Positions 13,501 through 25,179 are shown, counted from the whole stretch's first letter. The stretch is DNA of 46,347 bases, filler included, from Catajapyx aquilonaris (GCA_000934665.2; 2 parts of 2 records of this genome joined end to end with filler, not necessarily neighbours in it), one strand, 5' to 3'. Notes: a model not told the origin generated them from the sequence alone. Numbers and translations: made by a program.

Positions 13501-15197
13501 CGCCGCAAGAACAATACAAGCGCCGAAAACAATAGGGTCATTCACGTCACCCTTCATCTGACGTCATTACCTAATAAGCCAATATGCGAAGCGCCCCGAC
13601 TTGCTCAGCGCAATTATTGTTGAGATTCAAGCTGGAATGTCCACTGGAGACTCATTTCAGACTATAATGCAGGACTAATTTGGTAACCCCAATATCACTC
13701 CAGCCCCCAGTCAAGACCATGCACACCCAAACTGGTAAGCGTTGTAAATATTTTAACCCCCTCAGCGTTACTGTATGATTTGAAAAGAATTAGTGCGACA
13801 TTATTATTGCAACAACGAGCATCTACAAATACAACAAACAAAAAAAACCAAAATAATCGTGATTTTAAAAAATAAGCATGTTATCCTTGCAATAATATTA
13901 TTATAACATGAACCACAAATTACCACATAAGCCACTAATTATTAATTCTCTAAAGACGCTTGAATTAGGTGCATTTTGTGTCAGACAACATTCTAGTACT
14001 CTGTTAAATTGAGTTAGAATATGAAATAGAACCTCCGATCATGATTATGAGGTCACATTATATAGACAACTTCATGAACTGGACACTGCGAGGCACCTTC
14101 GCCCTCCAATGCAATGTTACTTCTGTACATTGGTTGTTTTTTACTACATTTTCTCCGGCAGTGTATACTGTACTTCGAGATTAATCCATGATCTTTTATC
14201 AACCTCTATGTATGACCTCATTGCTGTTTACAAAACCATATTGCAAGCAACACTTCAGGAGTATTTGCATTTTGTGTTATGCACTCTGTATTATCTACAG
14301 TACCTACACTAGTGTCTTACTCCGCCAGGTCATCAGTTGCCTGAAATTCCTTAATTGATGTGGAGCAAGCGTTCGGTATTGTACCGCACAAGGCAGATTA
14401 GGGTCTGCCGATGTAGCAGATTACCTGCTAGTTTTTTTTTTCACTGTTATGCAGGAACCTTACCTGACGGAGAGAATGATACCGTAATTTTAAAACGCGC
14501 TATAGCAGTCACTTTGGGAAAAAACAGAAGACGCGTTTCTTTCATTTATATATTATATCTACGATTTATCTGCAGAATGTAACGAAGATGTAAATTGATA
14601 TTTGGCCCGATTCAATGTTTTAGCATTCGAAGTTACCTACGTTGACACTGCTGATAACAGGCCTTAAATTAAGTTTTAATATATAATTTTTTCCTCGAAT
14701 TACTGAAATATAACGAGCCTTAAAACAGTGACTGTGGGACAATTTTGACCATATCTTTGAAGGATTGGTTACTGGCATGAAAAGTATCGGCTCCGCAATT
14801 TCTAAACGAGTCGCGTCGCTTTACGATCACCCACGAGAGTTGATCCCTTACATACGGTAACCGTCATAAAATGAAAGCATGTAATATTCGCATAACACGA
14901 AACATGGCACAATCTCACCTTAGTATAATTGACGTCAAACATCTGGCATTGGCTGTACTTCTCCTTCCCATCTCTGACCTGCATCGGGATGCTGATATTG
15001 CGCCTGGTCGCTTCTTCCATGTCGGCCAATTCAGGCACATGACACCAGTGGTCTGGCGTGGGCGTGAAGAAGATCTGGTTGAAATAGACATAGGCGTAGA
15101 TGGTATTGAAGTGCGCCGAGACGACCAGCAGCATCTTCTGGTAACGGCCATAGCCACCCACGTGCTCGAACATGTCTTCCCAGCCGTCAACCGCCAT
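1554..15197 (-). CDS. SLC22-family organic cation transporter (Orct/carcinine-transporter-like MFS protein), 9 coding exons, about 587 aa
   Basis: Manually spliced GT-AG exons: 15197-14919, 13262-13158, 8427-8169, 7824-7653, 7559-7433, 7220-7111, 5907-5693, 5481-5300 and 1868-1554. They total 1764 nt with compatible phases. Family motifs seen: [59 protein letters not shown] and LLLPET. The exon-8 acceptor (gtgaag) is weak. Confidence 0.92.
4483..4787. mobile_element. Palindromic MITE (about 305 bp) in SLC22 intron 8
   Basis: About 110-bp near-perfect inverted arms (cccttacttcgacc...ttcaagtttcca / tggaaacttgaa...ggtcgaagtaaggg). This explains the mirror-image ORFs on both strands. Confidence 0.85.
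6520..6830. repeat. G-rich element with an inverted (CTGT)n/(ACAG)n hairpin, possibly DINE-1/Helentron-like
   Basis: ggctctgtctgtctgt...acagacagacagagcc forms a hairpin at about 6758-6803, next to a purine-rich G tract. The family assignment is inference only. Confidence 0.35.
7302..7378 (-). ncRNA. tRNA-like gene or pseudo-tRNA with an enlarged anticodon arm, in SLC22 intron 5
   Basis: The minus strand folds as a cloverleaf: acceptor TCCTTGA/TCAAGGA, D stem GCTC/GAGT, T arm CCGGG-TTCGATT-CCCGG. A and B boxes are present, with a T5 run about 19 nt downstream. The anticodon loop is 11 nt. Confidence 0.7.
10623..11646. mobile_element. About 1-kb foldback element / long-TIR non-autonomous DNA transposon in SLC22 intron 2
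   Basis: About 460-bp arms (cctactatccgttt... / ...aaacggatagtagg) are near-identical reverse complements around a spacer of about 90 bp. There is no ORF. A TA target duplication is possible. Confidence 0.9.
11929..12653 (-). mobile_element. tRNA-derived SINE (head type A) with (ATT)n tail, carrying a nested palindromic element
   Basis: Minus-strand head GGGGAGGTGTGGTGGCCGTGATGG...GGTTCGATCCCC and an (AAT)n tail on the plus strand. It is flanked by the 17-bp direct repeat cagcagtgccgaactaa (11912-11928 and 12654-12670). Confidence 0.85.
12123..12482. mobile_element. Palindromic non-autonomous element with 8-bp TSD (hAT-like), copy 1
   Basis: CA...TG ends, flanked by gctatggg at 12115-12122 and 12483-12490. 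Internal hairpin at about 12164-12443. Confidence 0.8.
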
Positions 15198-17671
15198 TTT
15201 TCTTCTGGTGTGGCTTCGGTCCTTAGGTGAATTCTACATCATTAGGCAGGTGAAGTTGGCCTTGAAGGACAACATCATAACCAGGGGGTCAACTTAAGCC
15301 AGTTTATTATCGGGAAAGAACAAAGGTGAGTGTCTGATCTAGATTAGTGATGGGAACAGGCAGGTACGGTTAGCACCTACTGATTTTTCGCTACTACCAC
15401 GCGGGAAACCACGAAAATGACGAAATGACTCAAGGACGGATGCCGCATTCCCAGGATGTCTTCCTTATTTTTTGCTAACCGCGACCACGTGCCCTTCGTT
15501 GCCCTTGACATTGTGCCAGCCTGCCAAAATGTGAGCAAATCGGTGCTCATTGCCCCCAAGGGCATTTCGCAACTGGAGTGTTTTGTAGCTGAAAATGTGG
15601 CTGTACCCCACATTTATTTCGGGTTCGTTCGAATCTAGAGCATGCTAGATGTTTGCCAGAAACTAGAAGGGAGGACATTGCCCACATGTAAATCTGACTG
15701 AAACGAGGGAAATGCAGAACGACCCCCTTGCGGTCTCCCCAAAAAATACCCAACCCTCAAACTCAATCAAGACTAGTTGTAACCAAATCGGTCTCCATCA
15801 GCCTTTCTTGACACGACTTGTTAAAAACTGTCCTAATAATACTGATCTAATACCACGAAACAGATGTACTTACCAAGGTCTCCTTATAAATAATTTAAAA
15901 AATGGAGCAGGAAAAAAAAAACACTATTCACACTGGACAAAGGGATACAATGAGATGGTCTCACAAAAAGGTAGGATTTTTTGAGGGTAGTTTAGGATTG
16001 GATGATGAGAGGGGACAGTTGAGGAGAGCGCGTGACTCCTCGGGGGAAGATACTAAGGCTGGTTGCGATTGTGAGCGACTTCTTAAGTGAGCACCGAGAG
16101 TCACGTGACGCCGGCTAAGGTGCTATAATAAGCTGGCACAACGCATGCTTCTGGCGATGGAAGAATGACGACATTCAATGAGACATTCTTATTGGTTGAC
16201 GGGAGTAACTGTCAGCAAATCCTGTGTGGACAAAATTATAGACAATGATTTTTTGGTAATATTGAAAAAAAAAGGAGGTTACGTAATTTTGACTGAGGTG
16301 TGTGTGATTGTCAGTGCCTTATTACAAGCTCTAAAATGTGTTACAATATTCAATCAAGGACACGTTTCATAGATATGTGGCCAGATACCTTCAATGGTAT
16401 CGGGCATTGCTGATTATTTGCCGAGACAAGACTTTTTAAATATTACATCACGGTTTTTATTGTGCATTCATTCTTGTACTGTCTTAGTTTTGTGTCGACC
16501 AGAAAAGATTTGCTACCAGCTACTTTGTAAAACAGAAGACACGTTCGAATAATCATGGTCAAGTGGGTGTTTACTTCGTTTTTTTCATACTCTTATTTGA
16601 TGTCTACACATGGATATTTCACGCATGGTATTCACGGCGTAAATACTATGCTCATATCGTGACAGCCCCGATGACATGCAGAGAATGTACTATTATGGCA
16701 TGCTTTGAACTTGACTAGCATTCGCTTTTTACTTGCACAGTATGTTTGCATGCATCATGAATGGCACTGGAATAAACGTTCTCTACGATGCAATGGCACA
16801 ATAATAACCTTTAAAAATTTCTTCGCGAATGGAAACTTCGTGGGTTTTAATATATTTACAGACATTCTAAAGAGAACGGAAAATTTAGCTGCAATGTTCG
16901 TGCCATGCAATACAATATTTCAAATATGCCTACAGATACCAAGAACATTGCATTTATAGGCCTACAAAAATAGGTACGGAGTCATCGCTAATAAGACATA
17001 TCAAACTTATATGACGTCAGAGTATGAAGCGCTTCTGAGCGCGCCGGTCAAACTCATGCATGAGTGTTTTAAGTGTTACACAGAGTAGGAGAGTGATAAA
17101 ATGATAGTGGACTGACCCTCTCCAAATATAGGGATGCACTATGATATCCTCTAACATATGGGTCAATAGTGAAAAAAGGTGCAATTTCATTTCCAAAAAA
17201 AATGTAAATGTCCTTTAAGGAAATAATTCTTAAATAAAAATAATTAGTTATTACCTCTGGTGTTCCCACAAAAATAACGGCCGAGACCGTAGATTTATAT
17301 TTCACCTTTTTTTGTAAATTATAAAAATGCTGTATCTACAGCTGTATACACACAGTTAAGAATACAGTCTACTTGACCTTGACGAACTAAGTGTGGCACA
17401 GGGTGTATAGAACCGAACCAAGTGGCTAGCACAGTTCGCAATATAAATATAAGTAATACTTCAAATCGCTTCAAATGCAATGAAACAAGAAATGTGTAAA
17501 TTCAGAGTATACTCGAGACCTATCCGTATGCTTACATCTGACAATAAGTCGTGTACAGCTATGAGTGCATTAGAAACATGATATAGATGGTCCAAAGCAT
17601 TCAAATACGTTATTAAAATCATGTCCTTGAACATCTTACCCCGCCTGGGGGCGCCTGTGGACGGGTAGTGT

Positions 17672-18219
17672 CCACGGACGTGACAAACTCTTTGTTTATT
17701 CCACGTAAAACGTGGTAAGTTTCGGTTACAAACTTTTAGTTCGATTGAGTAAGCTCTTTGTACCTAATACCACACGTACGATGAGCAAAAATTGAAATTT
17801 GAACTCCTTACCTACATTTACCAGGTGCCACAGACGTGACGCACTGATCTCGACACTTCACTAAATCTGACGTTTAGAGCATAATTACACGCCTTCAAGG
17901 AACCAAACGAACAGGTTTTTGATTCAGCATCTCAATATGGCTGCAGCAAAAAGACAAAAATCCTGCACATTGCTGCTTCCTGGATGATTTTATAACCGTT
18001 TTTGTTTTTGTCCACGGCCGTGACTAGAAACCTTGGAAATTACTCTTGCAATAAAATCGATGCAATTTGGAACTTCAGGACAAAGAATGCACTAGCCTTT
18101 ACCTTCAGTATTCCTTTCTCCATTACTCTAATATATAAAAAGTGAAATAACATCTTATGCCTTGTATAAACATTGACAAAATTGCGAAAGTGAAGGTTGG
18201 GACAAGCCACGGACGTGAC
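17672..18219 (+). repeat. Four spaced copies of CCACGGACGTGAC, a probable subterminal motif of a decayed DNA transposon
   Basis: Copies at 17672, 17828, 18012 and 18207 with at most 1 mismatch. Confidence 0.55.
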
Positions 18220-18538
18220 ATGTCATGCTCTGTGACCTAAAGAAAAATATGAAAGAATTTTCTCATTACATATTTGTTATGTGCCCCGTATTTCGCAAGT
18301 TGCAATCTTATTTCTTTGCATGTTATCTGGTTTTCAGATGTTATACTAAATCCAGAAATTAGCTGGGACATGAAATTGCAGATTTTTTCACTGTTTACCC
18401 ATATATTACATAGAATGCTGATAGTCCTGAAAAACCTTTTCCAATTTCCATAGGTTTACAGTCACACACAGTCCTGCGCCCCATAGGCTGTGGGGGCAAG
18501 AAAAACAGACATTTTCGAAGCGAGTGTAAACTGATCTA

Positions 18539-18612
18539 GCCTAACCTAACCATACCTAACCTACCATAACCTAACCTACCCGAACCTAACCTACCCTACT
18601 GTACCTAACCTA
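18539..18612 (+). repeat. Degenerate (CCTAA)n telomere-type repeat, followed by GGGGACA/TGTCCCC motifs
   Basis: cctaacctaaccatacctaacctaccataacctaacc...; TTAGG is the common arthropod telomere unit. Confidence 0.65.
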
Positions 18613-20075
18613 GGTTGAGAAAAATGAACTTCTGTAATACCCTACATAGCGGAATTGTGGGTGTGGGGACATGTCCCCACTGAAGCAGTATCCCACCAGG
18701 CGTTTTTGCTGTGGGGACACGAAATGTCCCCACAATTTGGAGAGCATGTCCCCAGAGCTACAGTCAAAACACCAACCTTGGTCCCCAGACCCTATGCGAG
18801 ACCTGAACACACACACCTGCTCAACGTTGGGCCTGTGCGAAGGGTTGCTTCAAGACCAGGCTAAAGTGGCCAAAACAATTTGAGCCCCATAGTACTGCGA
18901 CTTCTATATACGAAAGGATCGGCCGTTGTTCATCTACATAACTACACCTGACTAAGTACCTAACTGCGCAGTTTCTGTTCCTCCTGCACGGTAGGCTACA
19001 CTGCTACTCTGCTAGTAATTGGGATCTGGATAATCAAGAAAGCAGCATGTACACACTGGTACCGTATATGTTCTGGTATAAGGATATACCTATAGGTCTC
19101 TACAAATGAGGCAGAAAGGGCGGACACAACAGGATGGAAAAAACAGCAATTAGGTGAGCTTGTCAAGCAGAAGAGGTTGATTAGGATTTTCCTGGAAAAC
19201 AAAAGGATAATGATTATCAGTAACAGCCATATTTTTTTTGTTCTCTTGGGAGCTGGGTTTCTTCCCCAATTATCCGCGACACTTCCAGTTGGGTGTCTTT
19301 GTACCAAACAGGGCCAGAAAATTAACTGATTAGATGTCTTATATAAGTTACTTAAGGGCCAGCATAAGTCTGTCAAGTAGCCTGCCGTCACCTTTCTTTC
19401 TGTAGAGTTCACTTATAAATTTAGAAGCGAGTAATAAGGCTGGTCAGGAATAGGGCTTGGAGTGTGTCATGGGTTTCATAAACCTTTCATTCCTGCTGCG
19501 CTATTTCCAACTAATCTCTGGAATTTACAGTAAATATTTACGCCATTCTACGTCCTCTGCATACTTTCAGATGGAAGGGCATCAATATGTTGAGCCAGTC
19601 GTTTCAAATGTGACATAGATGCCAGCAGATTATCTAATAACCTCTCGCAGTAATAAAAATTATTCTTATTAGTGGTAGGACAGTAATTTATAGTGACAAC
19701 AACAACCGCGACAACAGCATAACAGTTTCTAAAAGATTAATTTGAAATTTGTCAATATCAACTAGAGCAGTACCGCATATTAGTGTGAGGATTTCTAAAG
19801 AAATAATCTAGTGTACTTGTCTAGAAAAAACATCTTGTTCACTATACATTGAATAGTACAATAATCGTTAAATTTAGTAATTAAAGGAAGCAGCACCCCA
19901 ATTATATCAACTCCGAAGATGGGGACGAATGTCTTGACGAATGTACATAATATTGACTATTGGCACACTAACAAAAATTGTAGGCCAATATAACAATATT
20001 GGCGAAAAAGAGCACATTATTTTTTGTGGAAAGCAAATATGGAACAGTAACACAGTATTGTTGTGTTCAACCGTA

Positions 20076-20175
20076 CAGGCTGAGAATCCTTTATCCGAAA
20101 TGATTTGGACTGGAAGGGTTTCGGATTTCGAATATTTTAGGATTTTGGAATTTCTGATAAAGGATTCTCAACCTG
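20076..20175. mobile_element. 100-bp pogo/Tigger-type MITE
   Basis: TIRs caggctgagaatcctttatc / gataaaggattctcaacctg, with TA on the left flank. Confidence 0.75.
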
Positions 20176-21099
20176 TTATTTATTGATCAGCTTATAAAAA
20201 GATAACACAGCTCACTATCCAAATTTTCAGAGTGGAACGTGTTGCAATAATTTTATATTATTGCCCTGCCACCCTACGTTTCATATCATACTACACTTTT
20301 GTGTAATACGTCGTATATTGAATACTCCTGATAGCCATGAGACACCGCTGCTGATGTATTATGATTGCGAGAAAACACCGCAGAACTCCGAGAAACCCGA
20401 CGATTACACGAATATAGATTCCAACAACCTACACAGTTTTATGAACAATAAGTAATGCAGTAAATATCAATATCCCCGAATGTTGTTCCATAATAACCTA
20501 TGCCACACTCACGATATGACTTATCAACGAATAATGAGGTCTCATGAGAGTCAAGAATTTTCATCTAGATCCATAAAATGCACTGCCAGCCTACTGGTTT
20601 CTAATCCCATCACAATCATATGACGCATTTTTCAGTAATCATAACAGAAGTAATGAAAATAATATACGTATATTCTAAGATAAAGTTTTTGACGGAACTA
20701 GAACTAGTGCCACTTTCTTTCAAGTAGAAAGCAGCCATATCCGAGTATTTCTTATTGTTTCTATGACACATGAGAACGGATTTCGAAAAGTGCTATGGTG
20801 TCTCTTGCATTCATTTCGCACACTTCGTCGCGAAGGAAAAAGCATCCGAAGAATGCACACCTGCCATCATAATGCTTTATCTTTTGTGCTTGACGCCCAA
20901 CATTATCGCAACGGTAAGACTTGGGAAACCAAATGACACTTCTGCAGAAAATGATCCATGCATCCAGCAACTCTTTTCTTTTCTTGGAATCATTACGAAG
21001 CACACTCGATGTGCATAGAAGGAACATGAGAAACTTCGCAGTCCCAGAATTTAAAAAGCAAAGCAGTGTGTCCAACTTTCCCTACCACATGCTGGTGAA

Positions 21100-21103
<4 letters not shown>

Positions 21104-21168
<65 letters not shown>

Positions 21169-21863
21169 TTGTGGGAAATGCTTTCACCCCTTCCCGGGTA
21201 TATCGCATGGACCTTTATTGTATTTTGAGTTGTTCAGTACATGGTGCCTATTTAATTAAAGCCCGGGCCCACGGGCAGGATGACAGGAGGGGATATGCAA
21301 GGTGCAGTGCAGCCCCCGGACACTTATTTCCCCTGCCGAGGGATTATGCACCGAGTGCTCACCTGAGAGCGCCATGAGACATTTCCCGGAGCAATTATGT
21401 GGCGACCCTACCGGACTAGGCTGAACTTTATTGGTACAAAAGGGAAGCGCTACATTGGGGGAACCAACATGGGCGCCGGCGGCCATGTTGGGCCCGCATG
21501 TAGCGCTTCCCTTTTGTACCTATAAAGTTCAGCCTAGTCCGGTAGGGTCGCCACATAATTGCTCCGGGAAATGTCTAATGACGCTCTCAGGTGAGCACCC
21601 GCTGCAAAACCCCCTCGGCAGGGGGTGGGTGGGAGTGACCTAACCTGAGTCTTCTATAACCATGGAGCAGTGCATCTGATGCTGTGGCCATTTTTAGTGA
21701 ACTACCCCGGGTGGTTTAGTCTGTGGAAATACCACCCGAGACGAAGCCAGAGATGACCCTGAACTCTGCACGAGAAGAAGGGGGTGTCCCCGGGCTGGGA
21801 TCGAACCCGGGACCTTAACATCCGTGGGCGCATACGTTACCGCAGCACCACTCCGCCTCCCCT
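21104..21863 (-). mobile_element. tRNA-derived SINE (head type B) with long (ATT)n tail, carrying a nested palindromic element
   Basis: Head GGGGAGGCGGAGTGGTGCTGCGG...GGTTCGATCCC. The tail is shared with the 11929 copy. The 16-bp TSD catgctggtgaaaata lies at 21088-21103 and 21864-21879. Confidence 0.85.
21310..21664. mobile_element. Palindromic non-autonomous element with 8-bp TSD (hAT-like), copy 2, inverted relative to copy 1
   Basis: Ends CAGCCCCCGGACACTTAT...TATAACCATG. Flanks are gtgcagtg (21302-21309) and gagcagtg (21665-21672), with 1 mismatch. Internal hairpin at about 21330-21625. Confidence 0.78.
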
Positions 21864-23127
21864 CATGCTGGTGAAAATACATATTGTAGGTAGCCTACTA
21901 TGTAGATTTGGGAGAGATCAAGACATCAAAGTAATGGTGATAATACTGTAGTAGTTACAGTAGGCCTGACATGTTTTCCACTTTTAAAATCATCCTTATA
22001 TTACAGAAATACTGTATTATTAATGTGAATATTTTAGTTTTCATTTACTCACCAATGTGTTACTCCCAGTACGTATAGCATACTGTATACGTTTTAACTA
22101 CTGTAGTAAACGTGTCCTATATTTGAAGGGGAAAAAAGACGCAACTCAGCTTGGGGTCCTAGGGACAGCGCAGCGGAGGTAATTTACATAGGGTTACTTA
22201 TTGTTTATTGCAAACATTTTATACATATTGGGTCGAATTTTCGTCTCACTGCTAACTTAGCAGTACCAATTCACTACATTGGTACTGCTACATTAGAAGT
22301 ATCTAGCAGTACAGTACGACAAAAATTCCACCCACTGTCACCACGGTAGACACATCATGAGGTACCGGTATTTTCCATGTTATAGAGACCTTGAACATGA
22401 CGTAACCATATACCTTACGAGGTGCGAAGCACAATAAATTGATGCGACTGGGTTGTCTCACACAAATTCTCTCAACAACAACGCCTGTAACTACGTACAT
22501 GATAGCTGAAAACGAAGCTAAAGTGATTTAGACCTATTTCACATTGGATTCCACTACTGTCATACAGTATAATTATGTAACGCTTCCATAAAAAGCAAGA
22601 TGAATAATTAAAATTTCATACCTTATATTTTCATCGCCATTGAGCAGTAACAACATGCAGCTGGGTGGTTCCATTTCAGATCAGCCAGTGAGTGAAAAAA
22701 GGTGTCAGGTCATAGTCATCGATTTTTTTGAAAAATATATATGTGAAACCCACATCGAATTGAACTCTAATGGAACAATCAGTTTTACCAGATTAAATTT
22801 AGTTATCGAGATATAAATATTTCTTTGAAGGGGTACCAAAATCACAAGCACGCGAAGACGCACTTTTTCACGCTTCTTCCATTGCTTTCAATGAGTATAT
22901 CTCGGGAACTGTTCTGAGAACCAACATGAAATTTTTAACTCATGCTTTTGGAATAACACGCTGTTATGTAATGCATAAATTTACCTTATTTAATGGTACA
23001 GTCACCTGCAAAAAAATCTCCAACATTGCCTATTTTGGTCAAAATTCGCAATTTATTACGGCGTTATGGTAAACGTGACGGTTATGCCGATTATATTTTG
23101 TGATATACTCGGTGACCCCCTCCAGGC

Positions 23128-23227
23128 NNNNNNNNNNNNNNNNNNNNNNNNNNNNNNNNNNNNNNNNNNNNTTAATTAATTAANNNNNNNNNNNNNNNNN
23201 NNNNNNNNNNNNNNNNNNNNNNNNNNN
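23128..23227. other. Assembly gap with an artificial six-frame stop linker
   Basis: 100-position N block with TTAATTAATTAA embedded at 23172-23183. Confidence 0.95.
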
Positions 23228-23253
23228 TATCTTCCTTCCTTCCTTCCGCACAG

Positions 23254-25179
23254 ATCTATTTGGAGGGACCCTATGGATCAATGGCACAGACGTGGAGGGA
23301 CTACGAGGTCTCTGTCATCATTGCGGTAGGGGAAGGGGTGCTGACCTTCATATCAGTCCTGGATGATGTGGTGTATCACGGAAACATGGGCATCCCAATG
23401 CCCTGTCAGAAGGTGAGTGGTTGCCACATTTGGATCAAGTTCACCCCGTTCGACTGTAGTTTGTGACATGTTAACAAACTAGTTTAAACGGAATTAGTTA
23501 TAAAGTTTTCATAAAATGAAATATGGAGAAATTGGACTTGCCAGATCATTTGTTTTTTACAATGGCTTCCTCCTTACTGGTTTGTATGAAATTTTTCTTG
23601 AAGGTTTATTTCATATGGTGCACCAGCTCCCAGAAGCATTACGAGTGGATGATTGAATACATGCGAGAACTAGAGAGAATAGACACTGCTCGAATTCTGT
23701 CCACGTTCATCTGCATCACTGAAGCCACAGACAAGTACGACCTGAGGACCATCATGCTATACCTGTGCGAGGAGCACTTCCACAAGGTTCGACACAGGTC
23801 CCTCTTCACTGGTCTCAGCACCCAGATCCACTTTGGGGAGCCAGCCTACAGGACCTTCTTCACCTCCCTCAGGGCCATCTACCCCCACGTGAGCACTACC
23901 ATTATTCTTTGCTCTGGTTGTTGCATCCAGAGTGGTGGATTGCCCAAATTGGCTGCATACCAAGTGCTACCCAAAAGTTCCCGAAATGACACCAATACTT
24001 TTGAACCTCTTATAGTTTGTCGCTACCACTCCAGGTAGAGCTGCAGGTGACCTTTCTGAATATCTCTGCTAAGTGGCAGCATCTGCCGTTGAATTGATCA
24101 CTTTATGTGGGGGGGTTTTGTAGTGTCGTCTTCGGTCCATTCAGCGATTCTATCGGGGGTTAAATTGGTGACCTGAAAGACCAGCATCAAGTTTTGCTTC
24201 ATAAACTTACTTGACAAAGGTTCTCAAATCTACTTCCTTTCAGCTTAATTTTCATTTTCGGGAAAAGAAAAAGTTGCAGGGAGGTAAATTTGGCGAAAGA
24301 GGCGGCTGAGGGAGGACAGTCGAAGGAAACTCATTCAGAAGTGGCGCAACAACAACATCATGACTACGCCAGCTCACAATGCGTTTGCTGTGAAGCAGTT
24401 TTGGGCGTCACAGTCATGATGATTCTCCCTTACCCGCCTTTTCATCGAGATTTAGCTCCCTGCGACTTCTTCCTTTTCCCGAAAATGAAAATTAAGCCGA
24501 AAGGAAGGAGATTTAACTCCGTAAACCAGAACCACGAAGAATCACATCCTGTGCTGAGATCCCTAACAGAAAATGACTCCCAACCTATATACCAGTACTG
24601 TATATGTTACAATGGGAACTACTTCGAAGGTGACGGAGGAAAATTAGGTCTGTGGTATAAGCTAACATTTCAGGAAGAAAATTATTTCGCGAACTTTTGG
24701 GTAGAACCTCGTACATGAGAGGGTCCATCTGCCTGTTCAGAAAGGAAGCAACCATCATGGCAAGTTTCACATGTGGCCATGACTGTTGCTCGTTCTAATT
24801 GGTGTCTTCTCTTTAAATTGGTTGTTGGCATGAACAATCCTTACATTTCGTCTTCATGACCTACCCATGTCACACCACCCTGCCCTTGAGAACCGTTAGT
24901 TGCAAAATGGGGCGTTATTCAAATTGTCCGCCTTACTCTCAATTCCAGCATACCTGTTTTGCAACAAGGACTCCCTCCCAAATTGCATTGACATTGAGCC
25001 ATGTTTTCATGTAATCAGTTGCTAATCAATATTATTATCATTATTTTTTAAATTTGCAGGTGAAGAACTTTGGCGTGTACTGTGCAGGGAGCTCGAAGAG
25101 TAAGAAAGACCTGCATGATGTGATTGCCAGGGTGAACGAGACCAAAGGTGGTTACTTCGAGTTCATCATGGTGAAGTGA
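23254..25179 (+). CDS. Duox: 3' end (last three exons) of an upstream tandem Duox-like paralog, 5' part lost in the gap
   Basis: Exons 23254-23412, 23604-23888 and 25060-25179 have the same lengths (159/285/120 nt) and highly similar sequence to 43774-43932, 44161-44445 and 45109-45228. Frames are open and splice sites intact. Confidence 0.88.
23958..24713 (+). mobile_element. Internally deleted mariner transposon relic
   Basis: TA-flanked TIRs (ccaagtgctacccaaaagttcccgaaat / atttcgcgaacttttgggtagaacctcg). Transposase remnants are PPFHRDLAPCDFFLFPKMK (YSPDLAP.DF-like) and CICYNGNYFEGD. Confidence 0.88.

Noticed and set aside
15377..15638. Extra N-terminal SLC22 coding exon
   Set aside because: No family similarity, and the ATG at 15197 already gives a typical SLC22 N-terminus.
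16085..16135. SLC22 promoter (gtcacgtgac palindrome, TATA-like and Inr-like words)
   Set aside because: Short motifs with no transcript evidence; not supportable.
20921..21259. Poly-Ile/poly-Tyr ORFs (also poly-His/Met at 44883-45228 and poly-Leu at 45734-45994)
   Set aside because: Trinucleotide microsatellites.
21790..21863. Functional tRNA-Arg(ACG) gene (likewise 12580-12653, 33914-33990 and 34390-34464)
   Set aside because: The cloverleaf is imperfect and each is attached to a SINE body; three are bounded by TSDs.
22684..23127. Transib-like terminus (similar hints at about 6009 and 29419; Tc1-like at about 2652)
   Set aside because: No matching second TIR or TSD could be found by eye.
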